IMG/VR virus record: IMGVR_UViG_3300028840_006257
Coordinates: 149,011-213,010 of that record
Length of the DNA stretch: 64,000 bases
Strand: one strand, 5' to 3'
Shown here: piece by piece, positions 1 through 9,359 of the stretch
Layout: every line of letters starts with the position of its first letter
Numbering within the stretch: the stretch's first letter is position 1
Program-made: the position numbers and the translations under genes
The notes under the pieces: generated by a model
The model's database searches: none
Told to the model about the DNA's origin: nothing
What the model saw: the letters and a program-made list of their open reading frames with translations, nothing else

Positions 1-485
1 AGTACACGGCCTACAACTCCGTGACGGCGCCGGGGGGCTCGAGGGCCTTCCGCCTGTTCCGCGGCGGCGGCTCGAGCTTCGTGCTCGGGGGCCGCAACCC
101 GGGCGGCCCATTGGACTGGTTCGCCGACTCGCTCGCGCCGGCACTCAACCCGGTCCTCAAGGGCGGGATGCTCGCCTGCAAGGCCATCCTAGTGAGGAAC
201 TTCGTGGAGGAGGCGTTCTCCACGGAGGACGTGACGACCGACGGAGACGAGATCCAGATGCTCCTTCTCACCAACGGAGTCTTCGGCGACGAAAACACGC
301 CGCGAGAGGGCGTGACGGTCGCTGGCATCGTGGGTCCCACGGGCTTCGGCGAGGGGACGGCTGCCGCCGACCGCTACCGCCTGAACGGCAAGCCCATGTT
401 CGTGGGTAGGATGCGCGTGACCCCGGACCCGGAGCAGGTCCCGATGGCCCCTTTCCCGGGCCGTGACCAGGTCGACCTCGGATGA
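1..485 (+). CDS. 3' end of a large, probably virion structural protein (starts upstream of the window)
   Basis: Frame open from the window edge to TGA at 483-485; Gly-rich, genome-typical codon usage; ATGA overlap with the next gene. Confidence 0.55.
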   Translation, partial: YTAYNSVTAPGGSRAFRLFRGGGSSFVLGGRNPGGPLDWFADSLAPALNPVLKGGMLACKAILVRNFVEEAFSTEDVTTDGDEIQMLLLTNGVFGDENTPREGVTVAGIVGPTGFGEGTAAADRYRLNGKPMFVGRMRVTPDPEQVPMAPFPGRDQVDLG

Positions 486-871
486 GACACCTCTCACAGC
501 AGATGCTCGCGGAGACGCTCCGGCGTCCTCACCTGAGGAAGCACCGCAGGCGTCTCCAGGAGTCTCTCCAGAACATGCACCTGAGCCCGGGGACGCGGAG
601 GCGCCTCCTCGGCGAGCTCGCGAGACTCGGACAGCCGAAGATCTACCGCGCCGAGGCGACGCCCCCTCCCGGGGCGCTCGATCCGGGTCCCATGCCCCGC
701 CCCGACATCGAACTCGACCTCGAGACGGCCACGGTCGAGTCCCTCTCCGCGACGCCGCACACGCGGCTCTACCTCTACGCGCGCCAGCAAGGTCTCGAGG
801 TGAACCCGGCCGACACGAAGGTCCAGACGATAGGCAAGATCCTGGACGCCATCCAAGGAGGAGACAGATGA
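482..871 (+). CDS. hypothetical protein
   Basis: 129 aa ORF with ATGA overlaps on both sides. Confidence 0.7.
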   Translation: MRHLSQQMLAETLRRPHLRKHRRRLQESLQNMHLSPGTRRRLLGELARLGQPKIYRAEATPPPGALDPGPMPRPDIELDLETATVESLSATPHTRLYLYARQQGLEVNPADTKVQTIGKILDAIQGGDR

Positions 872-1527
872 GGAAGCACTTCGCTCTGCTGCTGACATTC
901 CTGGCAGCACTCGCAATCACGAGTCCGGTCTACGCCGGGCCGACCGAGGAGGCCAAGGCCGAAAACACGAAGGCGGAGGACACGAAGGCGGAGGAGGCCA
1001 AGACGGAAAAGACCAAGGCCGACGAGGCCGAGGCAGAGGACACCGAGGCGAAGGAGTCCCCGGACGCGGAGGGGGATGCCGAAGCGGACGGACCCGCGAA
1101 GATTGAGGACGACGACGAGGCGGTCGCCGCCGTGAAGCAGCTCATCGACGCGGCCAAGAACGGGCACTGGAGCCTGGTCGTCGCGCTCGGCATCATGCTC
1201 CTCGTCTATGTGATTCACAGGTTCGGCCTCGCCGCCAAACTCGGCAAGAAGGCAGTTCCGTGGATCGCGGCCGCCACGGGCGTCCTTGGCTACGTCGCGG
1301 CCGCGCTCCTGGTCGAGGGCGCAACCATTCCGAACGCGCTGACCGGTGGACTGTTGACGGGAGCCGCGGCGGTCGGTCTGTGGGAGATGCTTTTCAAGCA
1401 TTTCATGGCGGCGAAGAAGGAGCCCGAGAAGGAGCCCGAGAAGGAGCCCGAGAAGGAGCCCGAGAAGGAGCCCGAGAAGGAAACCGGGGGGGACGGCGGC
1501 GACGCCGAGGGTGGCGACGGCGACTAG
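868..1527 (+). CDS. membrane protein with signal peptide, acidic linker and about 3 TM helices (holin-like)
   Basis: AGGAGGAG RBS; MRKHFALLLTFLAALAITSPVYA signal; three hydrophobic segments; KEPE-repeat tail. Confidence 0.65.
   Translation: MRKHFALLLTFLAALAITSPVYAGPTEEAKAENTKAEDTKAEEAKTEKTKADEAEAEDTEAKESPDAEGDAEADGPAKIEDDDEAVAAVKQLIDAAKNGHWSLVVALGIMLLVYVIHRFGLAAKLGKKAVPWIAAATGVLGYVAAALLVEGATIPNALTGGLLTGAAAVGLWEMLFKHFMAAKKEPEKEPEKEPEKEPEKEPEKETGGDGGDAEGGDGD
1417..1476 (+). repeat. 5 x 12-bp perfect tandem repeat AAGGAGCCCGAG (KEPE)
   Basis: Read directly from the sequence. Confidence 0.95.
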
Positions 1528-1548
1528 CGGCGTTGCGCGCTGGATGCG

Positions 1549-1578
1549 CAGGCCCGGCCTCGGTCGGGCCTGTTTTTT
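1549..1578 (+). terminator. intrinsic terminator
   Basis: CAGGCCCGGC-CTCG-GTCGGGCCTG stem followed by T6. Confidence 0.85.
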
Positions 1579-1639
1579 GCTCCGAAAAGCCACTTTCGGG
1601 ACGTTTCTGTAAAAACCGCACGTCTTCCGTGCAGAGGGC

Positions 1640-1975
1640 ATGACGATCATGCTGACAGCCAAGGGCCTGTTCTTCGGGGTGCTGACCGCGGGCGCGCCCG
1701 CGCCGAGCACGGCCCCGACCGCGGTAGGATCTTCGACAGTGACGGAGAAGACGGTCACCATCCTGTACGCGGAGAGCCTGCTCCCCAAGGAGCGACGCGA
1801 CCACATCGCCGGGTTGCTCAGGGTGAACTTCGAGATCACGGAGACGAAGTACCTGGTCTCGGACTCGAAGGACGCCGACGTCGTGGTCATCGAGGTCTCG
1901 GAGGGCGTCGACCGTGCCGCCGTGGCCGAGATGGTCGACTGGTACGCCTTCGAGTACGACCCGTGCCCTGACTAG
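1640..1975 (+). CDS. hypothetical protein with N-terminal hydrophobic segment
   Basis: GAGGG RBS; 111 aa ORF. Confidence 0.6.
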   Translation: MTIMLTAKGLFFGVLTAGAPAPSTAPTAVGSSTVTEKTVTILYAESLLPKERRDHIAGLLRVNFEITETKYLVSDSKDADVVVIEVSEGVDRAAVAEMVDWYAFEYDPCPD

Positions 1976-2029
1976 ACGCGCGCGAGTAGAATGGGGGATC
2001 GAACTCGTTCCCCCGCTTGCGCTGTGAAG

Positions 2030-3703
2030 ATGCCCAGGACACCCGTGGAGGTCGCGACGGGAAACGACCTGCGCCGGAGGATGCTCGACGGAGTCGCGGA
2101 GATGGTCCGGGCGGTCGCGGCGACTTACGGCCCGTGCGGCCGTACGGTGATGCTCGACCGTCCCGGTGGCCTCCTCTCCACGAAGGACGGGGCGACCGTG
2201 GCGTGGGAGATCGAGCCCGCCGACCCGGCGCGGCGCCTCGGGACCCGCGTCGTGCAGGAGGCGTGTGCCGAGGTTGACCGTGCCTGCGGAGACGGCACGA
2301 CGACGACGGCCATCCTCGTTCATGCCATCCTCGAGGAGAGCTTCCGGTGGGTGGCTGCGGGCGCGCATCCGGTCCTCCTCGCGAACGACCTCCGGGTGCT
2401 GGCCGAGAACATGGTGAGGTGCGACCTCTTCGACGTCGCGTGTCCCGAGCCCGTGGAGGACGAGGCCCAGATGCGGGAGATCGCTCTCGCGGCCTGCGAC
2501 GCGGACGCGGAGCTGGCCGACGCGGTCGTTGACGCCCTCGGTCGAGCGGGCTCCGAGGGCATGGTGATCATCGAGCAGGGAAGGGGGCGTGGAGTCGAGG
2601 TCGAGCACAGGCGCGGCACGGAGCTCGACCGGGGATGGGAGAGCAGCGACCTAGCTGGCCCCGACGGATCCCCCAGGCTCCTCGAGGTCCCCCTCGTCGC
2701 TCTGGTCGACGGCGTGCTCGACTCGCTCGAAGACGTCCGCACGCTGCTTGAGGAGGCGACCCAGTTTCCCCACCCCCTCCTCATCGCGTCGCGCGGGTGC
2801 TTCGGGCCGGCACTCCAGACCGTCGTGACGAATGATCGCAGGTTGATGCGCTCGGACGGGGGGACGTTCGAGGTCGTCGCCGTCAGGATTCCCGGACACG
2901 AGGGGGGCGCGCGTGACCTCCTCGAGGACGTCGCGGCGCTGGCGGGCGCGACCGTGGTCGACCCGAGCGTGACCTCGCCGGGCGCGTTCCGGTCGGAGAT
3001 GTTCGGCTCGGTCCAGACGGCCACCGTGCGGGCCGAGAGCACCACGCTGATTGCCTTCGAGGACAGGTTCCCGCTGATCGAAGCGCGCGTCGAGCAGCTG
3101 CGTCGCGCCGAAGGCGAGGCGGTGCACACTCATGACGCCGAGGAGATCCGCACCAGGATCGCGAAAATCACGGACGGGCTCTGCGTGATGAGAGTGGGAG
3201 GATCGACCGACGCGGAGATTCGTGAAAAGAGAGGACGAGTCGAGGACGCGCTGAGCGCCGTGCGTCTCGCGGTCGAGCGCGGCGTCGTTCCGGGCGCCGG
3301 AGTCGCGTACCTGGCGCTGGGCGAGTTCTTCGCGGGGGCGCTTCGGTTGTCGGAGACGACGGCAGCGCATGGACGCCCTGACCTGAGCGTGGCGGGTCTC
3401 GGGGCGAAGGTGCTCGCCAGGGCGCTCAGGGAACCCCTCAGGAGGCTGGCCCGAAACGCGGGTCACGAACCCTCGGTCGTCGAGCGACGCGTCCTGAGGG
3501 CGTCTGAGGAGCCTGGGATGTCTCCGTGTCCCTCCTGGGAGGCGGGATGGGACGCGACGACCGACGAGATCCGAGATTTGCGCCGCGCACCGGCTCTCCG
3601 AGACCCTCTCGGCGTGGTCGAGTGCGCCGTGCTCACCGCGATCTCCGCCGCCTCGACGCTGCTCACGGCGGAGGTCGCGCTCACCCGGAAGGAACGATCA
3701 TGA
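2030..3703 (+). CDS. groL: GroEL-like (Cpn60) phage chaperonin
   Basis: TYGPCG, TKDGATVA, GDGTTT, VGGST..E, VEDAL, GVVPGAG and DP..V motifs; divergent, no GGM tail. Confidence 0.9.
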   Translation: MPRTPVEVATGNDLRRRMLDGVAEMVRAVAATYGPCGRTVMLDRPGGLLSTKDGATVAWEIEPADPARRLGTRVVQEACAEVDRACGDGTTTTAILVHAILEESFRWVAAGAHPVLLANDLRVLAENMVRCDLFDVACPEPVEDEAQMREIALAACDADAELADAVVDALGRAGSEGMVIIEQGRGRGVEVEHRRGTELDRGWESSDLAGPDGSPRLLEVPLVALVDGVLDSLEDVRTLLEEATQFPHPLLIASRGCFGPALQTVVTNDRRLMRSDGGTFEVVAVRIPGHEGGARDLLEDVAALAGATVVDPSVTSPGAFRSEMFGSVQTATVRAESTTLIAFEDRFPLIEARVEQLRRAEGEAVHTHDAEEIRTRIAKITDGLCVMRVGGSTDAEIREKRGRVEDALSAVRLAVERGVVPGAGVAYLALGEFFAGALRLSETTAAHGRPDLSVAGLGAKVLARALREPLRRLARNAGHEPSVVERRVLRASEEPGMSPCPSWEAGWDATTDEIRDLRRAPALRDPLGVVECAVLTAISAASTLLTAEVALTRKERS

Positions 3704-4524
3704 CGACGACTCTCGTACAGCACAGAGCTGGGGCGTTCACCCCTGACTTGGCGGCCGCCCTCCGACAACTCGAGCACCGCGTCAGCGCGTTGAAGGCTCG
3801 AGTCAAGATCGAGGGCCGCTCTCCGGCCAAGATGGCGTGGGACGACGTGCGCCAGGATCCGGGTCCCACAGGACTCGCGCCCGAGTGGTCTGCCGTGCCC
3901 ACGGGCCGGGAGGTCCGTCTCCAGATCCAGATTCTTGAAGAGGAGGACGACGAACCGTCCGTGTCGAGGAGCGAGCGCGAGCTCGCGATGCTCTGGGGAC
4001 TGGCGGTCCCACTAGGCCTCACGCCGTTCAGTCGCTACCCGCTGCCTGGACCCCACGAGTCCGTGTTCCATTTCGTCGGACCGTGGGCATCCATGATGGA
4101 CCAGCTTCTTGGAGCTGGTCGCGGCGAGGTCGCGTGGCCGAGTTTCTGCTGCGCCGCGCAGATCGACGTCGGTCGGTGGGAGGGAGGACGCACGATGGAG
4201 CGGCTCGTGCAGGCGCACCTTCACCGGCTCGGCTACAACGTGGGTCCCCTCGACGGGATCGTCGGCAACAAGACGCAGGGAGCCCTGAGAGCCGCGAACC
4301 TCCACTCCAAGTCGATGACCGAGGTGGCCGAGCACATCGTGAATCTTTCGCCCGAGGTTCCGAGGGAGTTCGAACCCGCCGTGCAGGGGCGTCTTGAGCT
4401 CCCCGACGCTAGTTTCTCTATTCACCCCTATGGACAGGTGCGCGCGTCGCGAACCATCCGAGGGGCCGATCTTCACATCACGGGTCCCGGTCGCGTCGTG
4501 GTCGACATCCGGGAACCGACGTGA
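3700..4524 (+). CDS. protein with peptidoglycan-binding domain
   Basis: VQAHLHRLGYNVGPLDGIVGNKTQGALR matches the PG-binding signature; ATGA overlap with groL. Confidence 0.65.
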   Translation: MTTTLVQHRAGAFTPDLAAALRQLEHRVSALKARVKIEGRSPAKMAWDDVRQDPGPTGLAPEWSAVPTGREVRLQIQILEEEDDEPSVSRSERELAMLWGLAVPLGLTPFSRYPLPGPHESVFHFVGPWASMMDQLLGAGRGEVAWPSFCCAAQIDVGRWEGGRTMERLVQAHLHRLGYNVGPLDGIVGNKTQGALRAANLHSKSMTEVAEHIVNLSPEVPREFEPAVQGRLELPDASFSIHPYGQVRASRTIRGADLHITGPGRVVVDIREPT

Positions 4525-5180
4525 TGCTCTCAGCCGCCACCCCGAGCCACCAGCGAGTCGCCTGGGCGTGGCTCGAGAAGCTCGTGAGTCAGCCGCCCCC
4601 GCGAGCACCGAGTCCACCGCCTGCGCTCAAGATGACGGCCCGGGAGCGCGAGAGACTCCTCGAGAGTGCCTACGAGAGCATCAAGCAGGAGCTCATCGCG
4701 GCCGTCAAGCAGGAGATCCCGAAGCTCGAGCGGGCTCAGGGGCAGATCGCCGGGCGGCATGGCATCGATCCACTGTTTCTCGACTGGTTCATCGTCAACG
4801 GCAAGCACTGGCCACCGATGTCGCCGAGGCAACGTCGCGCGCTCCGGGCTTTGCAGAGCACGAACATCTGGTTCGGCGCGCTGCCCGACACGTGGCGCAA
4901 CATGGTCGTGCCCGAACTCGACCAGATGCGCGAGCGCGACCAGGCGTTGCGCGAGCTCGCGGACTGGTTCGTGAAAAACAGCCTCGCCACGATCGAACGC
5001 AAGTACGTGAACGCGATCTGGAAGCACTCGCGCGACCTCGTCCGGGCGTTTCGCGGAGGCGGTGCTCCGACCGACCCGAAGGCGTCGCTGCTGCTCATGA
5101 GGGAGTTCAAGAAACGCCTCGTCGGAGACAGATTTCAGCTTCAGCCGTCGGTCCAGAAGATCGTCGATCTCTTCGACTAG
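4521..5180 (+). CDS. hypothetical protein
   Basis: 219 aa ORF, GTGA overlap. Confidence 0.65.
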   Translation: MMLSAATPSHQRVAWAWLEKLVSQPPPRAPSPPPALKMTARERERLLESAYESIKQELIAAVKQEIPKLERAQGQIAGRHGIDPLFLDWFIVNGKHWPPMSPRQRRALRALQSTNIWFGALPDTWRNMVVPELDQMRERDQALRELADWFVKNSLATIERKYVNAIWKHSRDLVRAFRGGGAPTDPKASLLLMREFKKRLVGDRFQLQPSVQKIVDLFD

Positions 5181-5210
5181 CACCCTCGCGGGGATGCGTA
5201 TAACGGTGGC

Positions 5211-8200
5211 ATGGACGCACGCCTCAAGTCCGCGCACGCGAAGCTCCGAGAGCTGCGCGAACGTACCGACCTGTCGCTCAGGCCGACGCCGCTGCTGAAG
5301 CAGACGTTCACGGACTTCGACGGCGAGGAGAAGCCGCTCAGGATCCGCTACTACCAGGTGCAGGGCATCCTGCACCTCGTGGCGATGAACAGGTTCCTCC
5401 TGGGCGACGACACGGGGTTGGGCAAATGCGTCGTCGGTGACACGTTGGTGAAGACGGATCGCGGTCTCGTCCCGATTCGCGATCTGAATCCCGGCGTAGA
5501 GGAACCGGACTCCTTCGCCGCGTTGGAGGGGGTGCGTTTTCAGGTCGGAGTTTCCGAGGTTCAGGGGCGGTATTTCTACTACGGCGGCGAGAAGCCGACC
5601 GTCAGACTCCGTACCCGCTCGGGCTACGAGCTGGAAGGGTCACAGATTCATCCTGTCATGGTGCGTCGCGACGGCACGGACCAGTGGGTCCGGCTGCGAG
5701 ACCTTCGGGAGGGTGACTTCGTTGCGGTGGAGCGTACCGACGACTTCTCGGTGTGTGAAGGACGGCCGGAGCCTGCTCTTCCGGGGCCTGGTTCGGGCGC
5801 CCCGCACGAACGCAGGCACAGGATCCCTTCCAAGATGTCGCCTGACCTCGCCCGGTTCCTCGGTTATCTCATCGGGGAGGGGTGGTTCCGACGACACGAC
5901 TTCTTTACGCTCAGCCAGCATCGCGAAGTGAACCCTGAAGTCTACGGGGACATGGAGGAGCTGGGACGTGTGTTGTTCGACGTGAAGATGCAGCCGGCCG
6001 AGGACGGGTTCACCATCGCGAGCACACAGATCGTTCGGTTCCTGCGCGGGATCGGCTGCGACCCGAGTCTGGCGCCGGACAAGGAGGTGCCATGGTCGGT
6101 GCTTCAGGCATCTCCCGCGTCCATGCGAGAGTTTCTTCGGGGATTCGTGGATAGCGAAGGGTCGGCCAGCGAGTTGGGGATTGAAGTGAGTTCGTCCTCG
6201 GAGAAACTTCTTCGCCAAGTCCAGGTCATGTTGCTGTCCTTTGGAGTTGTCTCGCAACGCAATCCGAAGCTGATCGAAGGGCGTGACCGCGTCTACTGGA
6301 GACTCCAGATCCAGGGCGATGACGCACGCATTTTTTCTCGACGCATCGGCCTGGTGTCTTCCCGCAAGACCGCGGCGCTCCGGCCGCTGCTGGAACAGGA
6401 CTCAAATCCGAACTATGACGTGGTGCCAGATGCGTCAGCAGAGATCGAGGACCTGCGTGCTGAGGTCTATGCCCGAGCGGGGCGCCACGGTTATAAAGGC
6501 GTAGGAATGACGGAGCGCTGGGGTTCGGCGTTTTACAACACGCTCGGTCATGTAAGGGCTGGGCGTCGGAATCCCACCTACCAGTACCTCAGGCGCTTCC
6601 TTGAGATCGCTCGTGAGGTTGGGATCTCCGAGTTGAATCCTGCGTACGCACGCGTCCAGGCCCTTGTGCGGCGCAAGTGGTTTTACGACCCTGTGGATGC
6701 CTTGGAGGACGGGTGGGCAGAGGTCTATGACGTTGAGGTCGATGATCCTCGGCATGCGTTCATCGGGAACGGCCTCGTCAACCACAACACGCTCATGGGC
6801 ATCGCCTCCCTCTGCTACATCTGGGCGAAGGCGCCGGAGACGAAGGCCGTCATCTTGACGAACAAGTCGCTGGTCCAGCAGTGGGCCGGGGAGTTCGACA
6901 AGTTCTGCGCGCCGGGCGAGATCAACGTCATCGTGTGCACCGGGGTTCCGGCAAAACGGCGGAAGATCTACCAGGAGTTCGAGGCGTCGACGGGGCCGAC
7001 CGTGCTCGTGATGGGCTACGCGACGGCGCGCCGCGACATCCGGCAGATCCAGGAGTGGTCCGGGCACGTGCTGATCACGGACGAGTGTTTCCAGTATCAC
7101 ACTCCCATTCTCCTGGCAGACGGTACTCAGGAGTTGATCGGGCGTCTGGTGACCCGAAAAACACCTGCCGAGGTTCTGTCGTGGAACGCCGAAACCGGGG
7201 AGATAGAGCCCCGACGGATCGTGGGGTGGTATCGAAAACCGATGCCGGGGATTCACGGGCGTTCTCCGAGCAAGCGAACGGCCGCCATGCTGAAGCTGGA
7301 GTTCAGGTGGGGGGGCAACCTCTTGAGCACGCCAGACCATGAGTTCTATCGCATGGATGGGACGAAGGTTCGGGCTCGTGACCTCGGGTCGGGGGACCGC
7401 ATCGTTCACTTCGATCGGAACATTCCTTCGCCGGACCAGATGCAGGTCCTTCTCGGAGGGCTTCTGGGAGACTCTTCTGTTTCACACCCACGAAAAACAT
7501 GGGCCGTCGCGTTCGGGCACGGGACGGCTCAGAAGGCGTACCTTGAGTTTAAGCGGGACGTGCTTATGAGTTTGGGAGTTTCGGAGGTCACGGAGACCCG
7601 AAGTGGCTACGCCAGGAGCAAAAAAATCTGGCGCTTTCGCATGAAGGCCAACGAGGAGTTCACCCGCGTCGCGCAGGACGACTGTGGCTTGCTTGTTCCG
7701 TACAGCGGGCCGCGTACGGATCGAAGGTACAGGAAACGAATCACGCACGAGTGGTTGAACCGGATAGGTCCTCTTGGGCTGGCGATCTGGTATGCCGATG
7801 ACGGAAGCCTGACTCAGTACCGTAGAAAGGACGGCTCGAAGGGGTACCAGGTTCGCATCAGCACAGACGACTTCACACAGTCAGAGGCTGGCATGTTGGC
7901 GGGTTGGCTTTACTGGGTGTGGGGGATCAAGGCCGAACCCAAGATTGAATACCGCAAGTCAGGAGGAAAGAGGAAACGCCGACGCCTGCCGTACCCTCAT
8001 CTGTTCCTTGGGGATGAGGCGGCTCGTTCCTTTTTTGAACTTCTTCCGGGCGCTTTCCCGGGGGTTCAGGCCAAGTTTCCAGACGGCATGCGGGTCCTTC
8101 GACCCCAGGATCTGGATCTGTTGTCGCAGACACAACTTCGGGACGACAGGCTAGTCCGTCGGTCTCGATGGAAAACCACGAAGCCAGCCGAACGGTACGT

Positions 8201-9359
8201 TTACGACCTTGAGGTCGAAGGAAATCACAACTACTTCGCCAACGGCACCCTCGTTTCCAATTGCAGCGCGTACAAGAACCCGAGCACCCAGACCTACCAG
8301 GTGGTTCGGCATCTCGGCCATCCTGAGCGCGCGGCCCGACACTGGGGGCTCACGGCCACGCTGATCAAGAACAACCTCATCGAGGGCTTCGGCATCTACT
8401 CGCTGCTCGTTCCCGGCCTGTTCCCGTCGTCCAAGAACAGGTTCATGAACGAGTACTGCCTGACGCGTCTTCAGCCCATCCCGAACAGCAGGCGTCAGAT
8501 CCCGGTCATCGTCGGCTACCGGCCCGACCAGATCGCCCGGTTCCGCGAGAAGATCGATCCGTACTTCCTCTCGAGGGCGAAGTTCGACGTGGCCAAGGAG
8601 CTGCCCGTGCTGACCATGCGGGAGCACAAGGTCGGCATGACGCGCGAGCAGGAGGACAAGTATCGCGAGGCCCTCTCCGGGTTGCTGGAGATCGACAAGA
8701 CGGGGGAGGAGAAGGAGATGACGAAGCTGACGGCGCTCACGTACTGTCAGGAGATCGTCGACCATCCCGAGCTCGTGGACTGCGAGGGCGACAGCGAGAA
8801 GATGGACGCGCTGTTCACCATGCTGACCGAGGGAGACTTCGCGGACGAGAAGGTGATCGTGTTCAGCCGGTTCAGGAAGATGGTGGACAAGCTGGAGGCC
8901 GTCGCCAAGTCCAAGAGGTACGGGTTGAGCACCGTCCGCGTGACGGGCAAGGAGGAGGAGGACGAGCGCCAGGAGGCCATGCGGCGGTTCCAGGACCCGA
9001 ACGACGCCGCCCGGATCTGCTGGATCACGACCGCCGCGAAGGAGGGCGTCAACCTCCAGGCGGCGAAGGTCCTCATCTTCTACGACTCCCCCTGGTCGGC
9101 GGGCGATTTCCTGCAGGTTCTCGGCAGGATGATTCGAATCGGCTCGCTGCACGACAGGTGCTACGCGGTACACCTGGTCGCGCGGGGGACGATCGACGTG
9201 CACGTGATGGCCGTCCTGCGCAAGAAGATGAAGCTGATAGAGCAGGTCATGGGGAGGCGCCTCAAGGGCGATGACATGAGCGACGTCGTGGTAGCCTCCC
9301 AGGACAGCATCGACGACCTGTTCGCGGCGATGAGCCGGGACGCGAGGAGGGCGGTGTGA
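5211..9359 (+). CDS. SNF2-family helicase/ATPase with two inteins (about 536 aa after splicing)
   Basis: DDTGLGK|T Walker A, ITDE|C Walker B, LTAT, KVIVFSRF, KEGVNLQAA, QVLGRMIRIG. Confidence 0.92.
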   Translation: MDARLKSAHAKLRELRERTDLSLRPTPLLKQTFTDFDGEEKPLRIRYYQVQGILHLVAMNRFLLGDDTGLGKCVVGDTLVKTDRGLVPIRDLNPGVEEPDSFAALEGVRFQVGVSEVQGRYFYYGGEKPTVRLRTRSGYELEGSQIHPVMVRRDGTDQWVRLRDLREGDFVAVERTDDFSVCEGRPEPALPGPGSGAPHERRHRIPSKMSPDLARFLGYLIGEGWFRRHDFFTLSQHREVNPEVYGDMEELGRVLFDVKMQPAEDGFTIASTQIVRFLRGIGCDPSLAPDKEVPWSVLQASPASMREFLRGFVDSEGSASELGIEVSSSSEKLLRQVQVMLLSFGVVSQRNPKLIEGRDRVYWRLQIQGDDARIFSRRIGLVSSRKTAALRPLLEQDSNPNYDVVPDASAEIEDLRAEVYARAGRHGYKGVGMTERWGSAFYNTLGHVRAGRRNPTYQYLRRFLEIAREVGISELNPAYARVQALVRRKWFYDPVDALEDGWAEVYDVEVDDPRHAFIGNGLVNHNTLMGIASLCYIWAKAPETKAVILTNKSLVQQWAGEFDKFCAPGEINVIVCTGVPAKRRKIYQEFEASTGPTVLVMGYATARRDIRQIQEWSGHVLITDECFQYHTPILLADGTQELIGRLVTRKTPAEVLSWNAETGEIEPRRIVGWYRKPMPGIHGRSPSKRTAAMLKLEFRWGGNLLSTPDHEFYRMDGTKVRARDLGSGDRIVHFDRNIPSPDQMQVLLGGLLGDSSVSHPRKTWAVAFGHGTAQKAYLEFKRDVLMSLGVSEVTETRSGYARSKKIWRFRMKANEEFTRVAQDDCGLLVPYSGPRTDRRYRKRITHEWLNRIGPLGLAIWYADDGSLTQYRRKDGSKGYQVRISTDDFTQSEAGMLAGWLYWVWGIKAEPKIEYRKSGGKRKRRRLPYPHLFLGDEAARSFFELLPGAFPGVQAKFPDGMRVLRPQDLDLLSQTQLRDDRLVRRSRWKTTKPAERYVYDLEVEGNHNYFANGTLVSNCSAYKNPSTQTYQVVRHLGHPERAARHWGLTATLIKNNLIEGFGIYSLLVPGLFPSSKNRFMNEYCLTRLQPIPNSRRQIPVIVGYRPDQIARFREKIDPYFLSRAKFDVAKELPVLTMREHKVGMTREQEDKYREALSGLLEIDKTGEEKEMTKLTALTYCQEIVDHPELVDCEGDSEKMDALFTMLTEGDFADEKVIVFSRFRKMVDKLEAVAKSKRYGLSTVRVTGKEEEDERQEAMRRFQDPNDAARICWITTAAKEGVNLQAAKVLIFYDSPWSAGDFLQVLGRMIRIGSLHDRCYAVHLVARGTIDVHVMAVLRKKMKLIEQVMGRRLKGDDMSDVVVASQDSIDDLFAAMSRDARRAV
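5427..6788 (+). mobile_element. intein with LAGLIDADG endonuclease (454 aa) in SNF2 Walker A
   Basis: Begins CVVGDTLV, ends GLVNHN|T; LGYLIGEG and LRGFVDSEG blocks; shifted codon usage. Confidence 0.93.
7086..8261 (+). mobile_element. intein with LAGLIDADG endonuclease (392 aa) in SNF2 Walker B
   Basis: Begins CFQYHTPI, block B TPDH, ends NGTLVSN|C; LGGLLGD and IWYADDG blocks. Confidence 0.92.

Noticed and set aside
1417-1476. Tandem repeat as a CRISPR array
   Set aside because: No spacers; in-frame KEPE coding repeat. No CRISPR array or cas gene was seen in the window.
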